Assembly: GCA_022572185.1 (NCBI GenBank)
Contig: JACZWL010000001.1
Coordinates: forward strand, 28,387 to 92,386
Source of the DNA: Pseudomonadota bacterium
Lineage (GTDB): Bacteria; Pseudomonadota; Gammaproteobacteria; Steroidobacterales; Woeseiaceae
Direction of reading: 5' to 3'
Length of the DNA stretch: 64,000 nucleotides
Position 1 is the first letter of the stretch. The number at the start of each line of letters is the position of its first letter. Below are positions 44,870-53,726 of the stretch, in pieces. Under the pieces are notes generated by a model that saw nothing but the letters and a program-made list of their open reading frames with translations, was not told where the DNA came from and did not search any database. A program made the position numbers and the translations under genes.

Positions 44870-45039
44870 CTAGCAGGCTGTTGAAAAACTCTGTTTTTCT
44901 ACAGCCTGTTAGCTGGTACAGGGATGTACCATCATTTTCGATGGCTATAAGCCATTGAAAATGTGAGGGATCCGAAAATCACACTTTTCGGATCGCGCCG
45001 TTGAAAAAGTCATGGAGGACTTTTTCAACATCCTGCTAG
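44870..45039 (+). repeat. 170-bp multi-hairpin intergenic repeat, copy B
   Basis: Terminal inverted repeats CTAGCAGGCTGTTGAAAAAC / GACTTTTTCAACATCCTGCTAG and four internal hairpins. Matches the reverse complement of 37645..37814. Confidence 0.8.
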
Positions 45040-45074
45040 TAGTCCAACAAGTTTATATTGATGGACCACTTGAT

Positions 45075-45476
45075 TTATGCCACCGGGCCTTTCAATCGCA
45101 GAATTGGCCGTTCCGCATCAATTTCGACCTGACCGAATTCACCGGTTATTTCATAGTGTCCTTCGCCGACACGTCTCAGGCCGGCGATCGCACCATGCGT
45201 CAGTGCCTCCACCGCTTCAGAGACAGACTGGCTGCCTCCCGTGTCGGCACCGGACTTGATACTGGAACAATATGGAAATTCCAGAAACGCCGGCCGGAAA
45301 CACGCCTTCTCAGCCGGCCTGGGCTTTTCATAAAAAGCATGGTCAGGACGAAGAAAAAGATCCAGATCGATGAGCAGCGACTCGGATGCCATACCCCAGG
45401 ACAACACAAACGACTTTGTCAGTTCGACCGCGCTGAATTCCCTCATTTCTCTCCAGTCGGTTACATCGTCTGTCAT
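45075..45476 (-). CDS. Hypothetical protein
   Basis: 133-aa ORF in the same orientation as its neighbours. No family recognised. Confidence 0.45.
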   Translation of the reverse strand: MTDDVTDWREMREFSAVELTKSFVLSWGMASESLLIDLDLFLRPDHAFYEKPRPAEKACFRPAFLEFPYCSSIKSGADTGGSQSVSEAVEALTHGAIAGLRRVGEGHYEITGEFGQVEIDAERPILRLKGPVA

Positions 45477-45538
45477 CTTGATATCCCGAGTCGATTAGTC
45501 CAATACTGAAGTACGTTCGGCGCCTGTGAACTCGAACG

Positions 45539-46072
45539 TCAGGTAACGGGCTCGGTGATTATTTCTGTCTTGACCGAATTTGCAATAAAGCACTGTTCGT
45601 GCGACTGCTGGTGTATCTCGTCGATCTGCGCTGTCGTCGGACACGTGTCACCTGAGAACACCACCTTGGGGCGCAGTACGACTTTCATCATAGCCAGTCT
45701 CCCCTGGTCATTTTTCGCCATCCGCCCGATCGCACAATCCGTATATTTATCAACCATATAGCCATTTTCTCTGGCGATCGCAAGAAAGAAAAGCATGTGG
45801 CAACTGGATAATGAAGCGACAAAAGCCTCTTCCGGATCAACATTTTCGGCAACTGACTTCGGCAGCGGCACGACTTGCGGCGACGCTGATGCCGGAACGT
45901 GGAGACCACCGTCGAATTCCCAAGTATGGCTCCGGCTGTAGTTATCATCGAGAAAATCCTGACCGTCACGTTGCCATTTGATCGTTGCTGTGTATTCCGA
46001 CAATTGTCTGTTCTCGCTACCTGGCCGTTGGTCGCAATTCTCCGTGCTTCGCCCCGATGTAAAACAGAGCAT
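45539..46072 (-). CDS. OsmC-family peroxiredoxin-like protein
   Basis: OsmC-like core (YSRSHTWEFDGG, SLSSCHMLFFL). The true start may be the TTG at 46003 (LSEYTATIKW). Confidence 0.7.
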   Translation of the reverse strand: MLCFTSGRSTENCDQRPGSENRQLSEYTATIKWQRDGQDFLDDNYSRSHTWEFDGGLHVPASASPQVVPLPKSVAENVDPEEAFVASLSSCHMLFFLAIARENGYMVDKYTDCAIGRMAKNDQGRLAMMKVVLRPKVVFSGDTCPTTAQIDEIHQQSHEQCFIANSVKTEIITEPVT

Positions 46073-46157
46073 CGAGGTCGGCTAACCGGTTCTGATTAGC
46101 GACGACCAAGCTGGAATGAATATCCCGTCGTAATTTTTCGTCGCTCATGTTTATCCC

Positions 46158-46496
46158 CTAAGCAAGTCTTGATCCATTATTGGCCGGCTTGTCTGGCACC
46201 GCAAGCACGACACTTGCATCTTCCTGCACGAAGCCGGTCACGAGACACTCGGAAATAAACGGCCCTACCTGTTTGGGCGGAAAATTGACAACCGCGACAA
46301 TCTGCTTGCCGACGAGATCTTCGCACTTGTACAAGTCCGTAATGCGGGCAGATGACCTCTTGATGCCAAGCTTGTTGCCGAAATCGATCGTCAGTTTATA
46401 GGCAGGTCTTCTTGCCTCAGGAAACTCCTCGGCCGACAAAATCGTGCCAACCTGCAGTTCGACTTTTTCAAAGTCCTGCCAGCTAATCTCCAACAT
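46158..46496 (-). CDS. tRNA-binding domain protein (CsaA/YgjH-like)
   Basis: 112 aa from the ATG at 46496 (MLEISWQDFEKVELQVGTI...), a typical tRNA-binding OB domain. The 268-aa track ORF overlaps the LysE gene. Confidence 0.75.
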   Translation of the reverse strand: MLEISWQDFEKVELQVGTILSAEEFPEARRPAYKLTIDFGNKLGIKRSSARITDLYKCEDLVGKQIVAVVNFPPKQVGPFISECLVTGFVQEDASVVLAVPDKPANNGSRLA

Positions 46497-46567
46497 CAAA
46501 GCCTCCTGCCACCTCACAGTAATCTGTCGCGCCCGCATGGCCCTGGACAGTGATTCGCTTGATCCCA

Positions 46568-47191
46568 TCAGTTCGTTTTGATTTCTTTCAGACCGAGCAG
46601 GATAGCTGCACCGACGAGCAAGGCACCAGAAATCTGGTTCATATGATGTCCGACCTGGTGCCGGAACCGCGATTCGATCCAGCCGGCAAATCCACCATAA
46701 ATCGTTAGAAAACAAGCATCTATGACAAGGTACGTCACTCCCATGATGACCAACTGCTTGCCAGTCTGCAGGGCTGGATTTACGAACTGTGGAAATAATG
46801 CCGCGAAAAAAACAACGGCCTTCGGATTGGCAGCCGAGGTCATGAAGCCCTGCCAATACAGCGACCGCAGCGTACGAATGCGACTGAGTACTGCGACCGA
46901 CGGGTCGAAGCGCTTCCTGAATTTCATTACACCCATGAATATCAAATAGGAAACACCTGCCCACTTGAAAACATCAAAAAATTCCTGTGATGAATGAATA
47001 AGACTGACCAGACCGAGTGACGCAACTGTCATTTGCACAATGTTTGCCGACAGGTCGCCCCCTGCCGTTGCCAGAGACCGGTTGAAGCCATTGCCCAGGC
47101 TGTTCGACAGCATCAGCAGGTGACTGGGACCCGGCGTGCTCATCAGAATCAACACCGTTGTCACGTACGCCAACCAGAGCTCTGTGCTCAT
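46568..47191 (-). CDS. LysE/RhtB-family amino-acid exporter
   Basis: 207 aa with about 6 TM helices and an N-terminal PGPS motif. Confidence 0.8.
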   Translation of the reverse strand: MSTELWLAYVTTVLILMSTPGPSHLLMLSNSLGNGFNRSLATAGGDLSANIVQMTVASLGLVSLIHSSQEFFDVFKWAGVSYLIFMGVMKFRKRFDPSVAVLSRIRTLRSLYWQGFMTSAANPKAVVFFAALFPQFVNPALQTGKQLVIMGVTYLVIDACFLTIYGGFAGWIESRFRHQVGHHMNQISGALLVGAAILLGLKEIKTN

Positions 47192-47540
47192 ACGTCACCT
47201 TCGAAGACAATGACACGGTTTCCGGCCGGATCCCTCAAGTACACGTAGGTGCCGCCCCAGGGTTTCTCTTCCGGCTCGCAGTTCTCATAAATCCCGGCCA
47301 GTTTTATTAAAAAAATCGTCCGGATTATCTATTCTGAATTGCAGGCAAGTCCTGGTCAAAGCTGTCCTGTCGAGCACGGATGCAATCTCCAGGAACCCGT
47401 TCGCGTCGATATCGCTCAAACCGAGTATCGCACCGGTGTCACCTTCTTGGTTCCATTCGCGAATAATTTACAGGCCTGGTGGTCCAACGAGGTTATATCG
47501 ATGGGCTCAATACGTGTCTTGATCGCCGTGAGCACGGTGA
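47188..47540 (-). pseudogene. VOC-family pseudogene (frameshifted)
   Basis: A VOC C-terminus (...KPWGGTYVYLRDPAGNRVIVFEGDV*) is readable at 47188-47301. Upstream VOC-like segments lie in other frames, and one frame break is at an A7/T-rich run near 47300-47320. Confidence 0.45.
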
Positions 47541-47550
47541 ATGATCCGTC

Positions 47551-48090
47551 TTATGCAAATGCCGTGTGAACCCAGGCACCGATATAGTAAGAAATAACAA
47601 TAACGGCGACGGCGATGCCCAGGTGCTCGAATACGACCGGCAAGACTGCGTTTTGCTGTCCCCTGGCGAGAAAAAAGCTCAGTAGAGCGATAATAACCAG
47701 ACCCCAGCACATAGAAACGATGACAGCCGTCTGTAACGGCAGCCACATGACCGGGACCGCGAAGGTAATCGCAACCACGAATTTTGTAAAAAACGTTGCG
47801 AAGGTTGCTGCCCAGATGTGGTCGCTCGTCGAGTCCGGATCCGCCTCCTGAGCTATATGCATCCCAAGCGCGTCCGACATTGCGTCTGCTACCGCGATAA
47901 CCAAGATACCACCGAGTACAGCAACGACGGATTCTGTTCCCGCATACAGCCCGGCAATCAGCCCAACCGTTGTGATTACGCCGGATGTAGCCCCGAAATA
48001 CACACCGGATCGCGCACCCTTATTCTTGAGAAGACGTTTCAATCGGAGAATTCCTTTGTTCGGGACCATTTCCAACGATAAAGAACCCAC
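47551..48090 (-). CDS. VIT1/CCC1-family membrane protein
   Basis: 179 aa with 5 TM helices, VIT-like (GLIAGL...AVADAMSDALG). The start is uncertain because the ORF overlaps the upstream gene by 52 nt. Confidence 0.6.
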   Translation of the reverse strand: MGSLSLEMVPNKGILRLKRLLKNKGARSGVYFGATSGVITTVGLIAGLYAGTESVVAVLGGILVIAVADAMSDALGMHIAQEADPDSTSDHIWAATFATFFTKFVVAITFAVPVMWLPLQTAVIVSMCWGLVIIALLSFFLARGQQNAVLPVVFEHLGIAVAVIVISYYIGAWVHTAFA

Positions 48091-48425
48091 GCATAGATAA
48101 CAACGTTCACGACGACTACGCAGCCCGCAATCCAGAACTGAATAGTGCGAGTCAGGCCAGCCGGATAAATGACCGGCAGAAGGTAGTGTTCGACAAAGCT
48201 GTCTGCGTATCCGGATTCGCCGGCGCTTTGTCGAAAGCTGTTTTCCCAGATCGTCAGGGGGCAGATACGGCCAGTAATTTCAACAAATGCGCCCCAGACA
48301 GCCGCCGGAACATGCATGGTTACCACCCAGCGATATCGCAGGATCAGCAATCCTCCTAACACGACGAATGCAATGAAACCCAGATGCAGAGCCAGAACAA
48401 GATCGGCTGCTATGCGATAAAACAT
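48039..48425 (-). CDS. DUF2784-like membrane protein
   Basis: 128 aa with 4 TM helices and a CPLTxWEN motif. Confidence 0.6.
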   Translation of the reverse strand: MFYRIAADLVLALHLGFIAFVVLGGLLILRYRWVVTMHVPAAVWGAFVEITGRICPLTIWENSFRQSAGESGYADSFVEHYLLPVIYPAGLTRTIQFWIAGCVVVVNVVIYAWVLYRWKWSRTKEFSD

Positions 48426-48551
48426 GTCTTTGTCGGCAAACTATGTGGTCAGAATGCGGCGCATATGACTAATCCAGGTTCCCTTGCCTTGCGCCGGCGT
48501 TTTCGATCAGCGGTACGCCAGACCTGTCTGCTCGAAATCGCCCGCTGACTG

Positions 48552-49064
48552 TCATTGCGAATCCGACACGAAAACTTTCAGCTCTTCATCATCATCGGCC
48601 CGTCGGTTCATGCGCTCGAATGTCAGGCCAATCTTTTCAAACAGCCTGGTCGAGCTGTGATTATCCGGCGAAACGATCGCAAGGATTCGCTGCAAGTTGA
48701 GCGTCTCGCGCGCATGTCTCATAACGCCTTCGGCCGACTCAGCCGCGTAGCCCTGTGACCAGTGCTGCTCAAGCAACGCATAAGCAATATCCGCGTCATC
48801 GAGGTATTCTCGTTTCACCAGGTCGCACATGCCAACCGGCTCGCCGGACTTCTTCAGCTCCACCATATTCAGGCCCTGGCCGAAACGGTCATAGCTATCG
48901 ACAGGGCCACTCAAGAGGTATTGTTTCGCATCTTCGCCGCTTCGTACACCTTTATCGCCGATGCGCTTGATAAACGACGGCTCGTTCAGTAATCGGATAA
49001 TAAATTCGGCATCGTCGATGCAGAAGTGGCGAAGAATCAGCTGTTCGGTCTCAAGCACCTGCAC
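48552..49064 (-). CDS. GNAT-family N-acetyltransferase (RimJ/RimL-like)
   Basis: 170 aa with the N-terminus LETEQLILRHFCIDDAEF. Confidence 0.75.
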   Translation of the reverse strand: MQVLETEQLILRHFCIDDAEFIIRLLNEPSFIKRIGDKGVRSGEDAKQYLLSGPVDSYDRFGQGLNMVELKKSGEPVGMCDLVKREYLDDADIAYALLEQHWSQGYAAESAEGVMRHARETLNLQRILAIVSPDNHSSTRLFEKIGLTFERMNRRADDDEELKVFVSDSQ

Positions 49065-49081
49065 GCAACGGCTTCCTTGTG

Positions 49082-49450
49082 CTACTGAGATTTTCGACCC
49101 GCATAATTAAGCCATGCCTCGGCGGAAAATATAACAACTACGATTGCGGCTGCATTGAACAGACCGACCAGCATCGCCGCCATGAAAAATTCGCCGCTCT
49201 CCCGGCCGGCCCCGGACTCGACTGCAGCGATGTGCTGATAAAGGGTGTGGACGATCTCCGCCCCGATACTGCCGCCAAGCGCGGCTGCAACGATCGCAAT
49301 AACTCTGTCGCGCATGCGTGCGTGACGAAATACATAAACCACGGCCCCGATTACGCCGACGGATACGAACATCACACCCGATTTTTGAATCGCTGCGAGG
49401 ATTGCAAGCGTGGCAAGGCTCGACATCATGATGACCATTCTCTTTTCCAT
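49082..49450 (-). CDS. Small membrane protein, unknown function
   Basis: 122 aa with 4 hydrophobic helices. Confidence 0.45.
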   Translation of the reverse strand: MEKRMVIMMSSLATLAILAAIQKSGVMFVSVGVIGAVVYVFRHARMRDRVIAIVAAALGGSIGAEIVHTLYQHIAAVESGAGRESGEFFMAAMLVGLFNAAAIVVVIFSAEAWLNYAGRKSQ

Positions 49451-49599
49451 TTTCTTGTCAGGTCTGGGTTAGCTTGATATCAACAACCGCCGCGCTCTCG
49501 ATAAACTGGTATTCCCTGTCCCTGACCGTGTCGAGTCAGGTCCGAAAAGGAATCATAACAAAGGGCCATCAGACCTGCCGTCATGCAAGGGCGAGATGA

Positions 49600-50190
49600 T
49601 CACGGCATAGTCGCGTACGGCCGGTGCTGGTAATACTTGGGATAGGAGTCCAGCCGGATATGCAGCCAGGAGACACCGAGACCTGAAGTGCTCAGCCACA
49701 ATTTCCGCTCACTCAGGTTTTCGCGCACCGCCCGTCCGGTTTCACGCCAGAGATTTTCGATCCGCGACTGCGAAGCCTGACGCACAAAAGCCGCCAGATG
49801 GGCACAGGCCTCGGGCGACTCGGACGGCCGGGGAGCAAGCAGAACGGCGTCACCACCCAGACTGCGAAACGAAACGATTTCACCTTCCCGGTCGCGCTCG
49901 AAATGCGCGCTGAACGGCTCGGGATCGGGCTCCAGCCTGGCGAGCGCCGGACTATCGAGCAATACAAACTCGACCCCTGAATCAATGTTTGCATCACTAA
50001 GTGGCGGATGCTCCCAGAAGAATGCTGCATAGTCAGCCCCGGCCAGCAGGTCGGTGAACCAGGCAGCAAATCCCCGATCTTCCTCCAGCAACTTCAGGTA
50101 CGCGCCGAACGAGACAGGATCCTCGCCCTGATATATTTGAATCCGATGGCCGTTTTGTACGTTTTCAGTCTTTGCGATCCACACAGTCAC
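49600..50190 (-). CDS. Hypothetical protein
   Basis: 196-aa ORF. No family recognised. Confidence 0.5.
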   Translation of the reverse strand: MTVWIAKTENVQNGHRIQIYQGEDPVSFGAYLKLLEEDRGFAAWFTDLLAGADYAAFFWEHPPLSDANIDSGVEFVLLDSPALARLEPDPEPFSAHFERDREGEIVSFRSLGGDAVLLAPRPSESPEACAHLAAFVRQASQSRIENLWRETGRAVRENLSERKLWLSTSGLGVSWLHIRLDSYPKYYQHRPYATMP

Positions 50191-50195
50191 CTCAT

Positions 50196-50981
50196 CTACT
50201 GTCGAGGATGCGTAGCCAGAAACACGCTCAATACGTTCGAATAGCGTGGAAACATCCCGATCGTGTTGTGGCCGGCCCCCGGGATTACTTCGATAATCAC
50301 CTGAGATTCGGGAAATGCCCCGGCAAGGGCATCCGAACGCCGCCTCGGGATAATCTCATCGTCCTCAGCGATGACGACGAGAACAGGCGCGTCGATTTCA
50401 GCGACATGCCCCGCCGAGTCGAACTTGTCTTTGAGCAGCAATGACACAGGGAACACGGGGAAAGCTTTTTTGGCAACGTTCTCAATGCTGTCGAACGGCG
50501 TAACGAGTACGAGTTTATCGATGTCTTTCACCGATGCGAGATAGCTTGCGACGGCACTGCCAAGGCTGCGGCCAATAACTGAGATGTTCGCGTACTGGGC
50601 ACGTATCTCGTCAAAAACGGCCAATGCATCCTTATAAAGGCCGGCTTCTGATGGCGAACCTGTACTACCGCCATAACCGCGGTAGTTGACCAGATAAACG
50701 GCGTGTTCCGGAAAAATGTTTCTGAAGTCCGGAATGTTGCCGGAGACATCCTCGGCATTGCCGCCGAAATAAATGATTGCATTTGGCCCGCCGGCATTGG
50801 CCAGACGCCAGATTTTCAGCGTCTCGCCATCGCTTTCGAGCCTGAGTTCTGCCACGTCCGGGACGTGTACTTCGGGAGTCGGGTAATACATGACGCTACG
50901 TTGAGACGCGTAAAGGAGCACACAGCATCCCGCGTAAATCAGCCCCACAATTGCAATAATCGTCACGACCGCCTGCCTCAT
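50196..50981 (-). CDS. Alpha/beta hydrolase
   Basis: 261 aa with an N-terminal TM anchor and the nucleophile elbow GRSLGS. Its ATG overlaps the upstream cupin stop (ATGA). Confidence 0.75.
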   Translation of the reverse strand: MRQAVVTIIAIVGLIYAGCCVLLYASQRSVMYYPTPEVHVPDVAELRLESDGETLKIWRLANAGGPNAIIYFGGNAEDVSGNIPDFRNIFPEHAVYLVNYRGYGGSTGSPSEAGLYKDALAVFDEIRAQYANISVIGRSLGSAVASYLASVKDIDKLVLVTPFDSIENVAKKAFPVFPVSLLLKDKFDSAGHVAEIDAPVLVVIAEDDEIIPRRRSDALAGAFPESQVIIEVIPGAGHNTIGMFPRYSNVLSVFLATHPRQ

Positions 50982-51322
50982 ATCATTCGAGCCCCGGCTT
51001 GTTCACCACCTGCCGGACCGTAGAATATCACCCAGGCAGCAAAATCATCGCTGAAGTCCTCGAATCGATGAACATCACCCGCCGGAACAAAAAGTGCTTC
51101 GCCGGGCTCGAACGGCTCTCTGTTCTCACCGTGAACAAAGAATCCCGTTCCTGACTGAATAATATAAATCTCGTCGTGATCGTGAGGTTCTTGTGGATCA
51201 GATCCTTCAGGCTTGTAGAACCCAAGCTCCATTGTTCCATGCTGTAACAAGATGCCATAGTCGCCTCGTTCAGACCCGGCAGCGATGCCTGAAGCATGTT
51301 CGACGGTATATCTCTCAGTCAT
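50978..51322 (-). CDS. Cupin-domain protein
   Basis: Cupin core (HDHDEIYIIQSG...VPAGDVHRF). Start at the ATG at 51322 (MTERYTV). Confidence 0.65.
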   Translation of the reverse strand: MTERYTVEHASGIAAGSERGDYGILLQHGTMELGFYKPEGSDPQEPHDHDEIYIIQSGTGFFVHGENREPFEPGEALFVPAGDVHRFEDFSDDFAAWVIFYGPAGGEQAGARMI

Positions 51323-51374
51323 TTGTTGGCTCCGAGTATTGTTGCAAGATCGTCGAGATTGTCGCAACACTCGC

Positions 51375-52532
51375 TCATGTCAACGCGTCCCTGAATCTTT
51401 GCCCGATGCCGCGCAGTCTGTCAACAGGCTCATTCGAGAATACTATGCGCACATAATTAGTGCTGGCGCTCCCTCCCCAGTTGACCATCGGCGTCGCCGC
51501 GATCTTGCCCTTCTCCAGCAGGCGCCTGGACGCTTCGGAACCGTCCATGCCAAGGGACGACACATCGACAAGAAATGACCAGCCGCCATGCGGCGGAATG
51601 ACCGTAAAATCTTTCAGCTCTTCGAGCAACACATCACGACGTTGCCGCCACTCCGCAACGCAAACCTTGATACCGTCGTTCGGGTCATTGATTGCGGTGG
51701 CAACAGCACCCATCGCGATGCCGGTCTGGCAGACGACATTACTGATGCTGACTCGCGCGATGTCTGCGATAAGGCCGGCAGGACCAACGATCCAGCCAAC
51801 CCGCCAACCAATCATTCGGTATTCCTTGGATGCCGAGCCGACAGAAATAACTTTATCCCGCATGTTCGGAAACGACGCCGGGTGAATTACGCTCCGGCCG
51901 TCGTAAAGAATGCGCTCCATCGCCGTGTTGTTGATAATCAGGCAATCGGCGTGCCGGCAGAATTCGATCAATGCGCTCCAATCATCGGCATCGAAAACTC
52001 CGCCCGTTGGCATTGCGGGGCTCATCAGGAGCGCGAGTTTCACGGGTGCCGGATCGATATGCCGAAGCGCATCCGTATCCAGCTGCCAGCCCTGATCCGA
52101 CGGCATCAACGGCACATATCTTGGCACACCACCGGCCAGTCGAACCCGATTGATCAAGCCGACATAAATCGGATCTGTCATGAGGACTTCGTCGCCGGGC
52201 TCCAGTATCGCGAGCAACACGTTCAAAATGCCAGACAGTCCCCCGGCACTGATGACGCATTCTGTTTTCCAGTCATATTGATGACCGGACTGGTGGGCGA
52301 CGAGGCCCGTCGCTGCCTGCCGCAACGTGTGCAGGCCGAAAAATGGCAGGTAGCTGTTGGCATCGTCGTCATGGACGGCCTGCCTGGTGTACTCGAGCGC
52401 CGAGGCCGGCGGGCGCAGGTCCGTATCGAGGTTCTCGAGCCGCAATACGTCCGGATCGGCCAGCGTGTCGGCAAGGTCCCCCATGTCTTCAACGCCAATT
52501 TTTGTTATGTGTTGCAAGCGGGAAACTGACAT
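51375..52532 (-). CDS. PLP-dependent aminotransferase (class I/II)
   Basis: 385 aa with SASKEYRMIGWRVGW around the PLP-binding lysine. Confidence 0.85.
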   Translation of the reverse strand: MSVSRLQHITKIGVEDMGDLADTLADPDVLRLENLDTDLRPPASALEYTRQAVHDDDANSYLPFFGLHTLRQAATGLVAHQSGHQYDWKTECVISAGGLSGILNVLLAILEPGDEVLMTDPIYVGLINRVRLAGGVPRYVPLMPSDQGWQLDTDALRHIDPAPVKLALLMSPAMPTGGVFDADDWSALIEFCRHADCLIINNTAMERILYDGRSVIHPASFPNMRDKVISVGSASKEYRMIGWRVGWIVGPAGLIADIARVSISNVVCQTGIAMGAVATAINDPNDGIKVCVAEWRQRRDVLLEELKDFTVIPPHGGWSFLVDVSSLGMDGSEASRRLLEKGKIAATPMVNWGGSASTNYVRIVFSNEPVDRLRGIGQRFRDALT

Positions 52533-52661
52533 GATTTTCCTATCCGGTCAGGACCGGTTTCTGGCGATGGTTCGAGGGCCCCGCCGGCCCGTCTTTGAAT
52601 CGAACAGCGTACAGTCACTCGTGGCACTTATTCGCGACGGATATTTCCGCCGCGCAGACAT

Positions 52662-53426
52662 CTAGCTGCGCAGGTAGGAAGCGCCATTGACGTCGATTAT
52701 CGTGCCGGTCGTGAATTCAGCGCCGGCAGACGCAAGGAAAAGAACGGCATTTGCGACTTCGTCGGGCCGGGCGACACGGCCGACTGGGCTTTGTGCTCTG
52801 ATGGCGTCGCCCGCTGGGCCCGCCAGCATGTCTGTGACCATATCCGTTTCAACGAATCCGGGAGCAACAACGCCGACAAATATGTTGTGCGGCGCGAGCG
52901 CGACAGCCAGCGACTGGCTAAGCGCGTTGACGCCGGCTTTGCTGGCACCGTATGCGGGAGCATCGGGTTCACCGCGAAAGGCGCCACGCGATGAAATATT
53001 GACGATACGACCCCCGCCGCTTTCCATCATGTGACGCGCGGCAAAGTAACAGATATTGGCCGGCCCCATCAGGTTTACGTTAATCGTCTTTTGCCAGAAC
53101 GAACACCACTCGTCGAACCCAACCGAATCAAGTGGGTGAACCTCGTAAATCCCGGCGTTATTGACCACGATATCGAGCCCGTTCAGCTTGGAAACGGATT
53201 CTTCCACGGCGCTCCTGGCCCCGTCCGGCACCGACACGTCTGCCTGAACGAGGACATGCCCCCCTCCATCCAACACATTCAGGGTTTCTGACGCCGACTT
53301 CTTGTTATTTCTGAAATTGATGGCGACTTTGCCTCCCATCGCAGCAAAAGCCGTAGCGACAGCGCGCCCGATGCCTCTCGACGCACCGGTAACCAGTATC
53401 TTTTTTCCCGCAAAATCCAGCATCAC
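52662..53426 (-). CDS. SDR-family oxidoreductase
   Basis: TGASRGIGRA cofactor motif and YGASKAGV catalytic motif. Confidence 0.85.
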   Translation of the reverse strand: MMLDFAGKKILVTGASRGIGRAVATAFAAMGGKVAINFRNNKKSASETLNVLDGGGHVLVQADVSVPDGARSAVEESVSKLNGLDIVVNNAGIYEVHPLDSVGFDEWCSFWQKTINVNLMGPANICYFAARHMMESGGGRIVNISSRGAFRGEPDAPAYGASKAGVNALSQSLAVALAPHNIFVGVVAPGFVETDMVTDMLAGPAGDAIRAQSPVGRVARPDEVANAVLFLASAGAEFTTGTIIDVNGASYLRS

Positions 53427-53444
53427 CGTGTTTCCTGCAATGTG

Positions 53445-53657
53445 CTACGAATCTGGCTTGGCACTAACGAGGCGAATCGCCCAGGCACACAGGGCTGCAG
53501 TGACTACGAACCCAACCCAGGACGCCCCGACAGGGACCGAGACAGGCCCAAGCTCGAAAGTCCATCCGTTCACAGCGCGCAACAGATGGATGACGGCAAC
53601 CAAGCCGAAGATCACTCCGGAGATTACGACATATGTGCGTGCATTGGCCGGTTCCAT
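53445..53657 (-). CDS. Small two-TM membrane protein
   Basis: 70-aa hydrophobic ORF. Confidence 0.4.
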   Translation of the reverse strand: MEPANARTYVVISGVIFGLVAVIHLLRAVNGWTFELGPVSVPVGASWVGFVVTAALCAWAIRLVSAKPDS

Positions 53658-53726
53658 AAATCACCTTCGTTCAGTCAGCAAAAAGCAGAGCCGGGATGTT
53701 ACCGCAAATAACTTGCTTGCTCTGAT

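Noticed and set aside
37645-45039. The inverted 170-bp repeats as ends of a composite transposon
   Set aside because: There is no transposase between them, and the enclosed genes include housekeeping uup, upp and csp. I therefore treat them as dispersed MITE/REP-like elements that might permit inversion.
45012-45509. 165-aa plus-strand ORF starting MEDFFNI, and the MDDFFNI start of ORF 37304-37672
   Set aside because: Both start codons lie inside the 170-bp repeat (hairpin GTTGAAAAAGTCATGGAGGACTTTTTCAAC). The plus-strand ORF is also antisense to the 45075-45476 ORF.
46158-46964. 268-aa ORF as a single gene
   Set aside because: Its N-terminal 156 aa overlap the LysE gene in another frame and look like nonsense. 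The tRNA-binding domain starts cleanly at the ATG at 46496.
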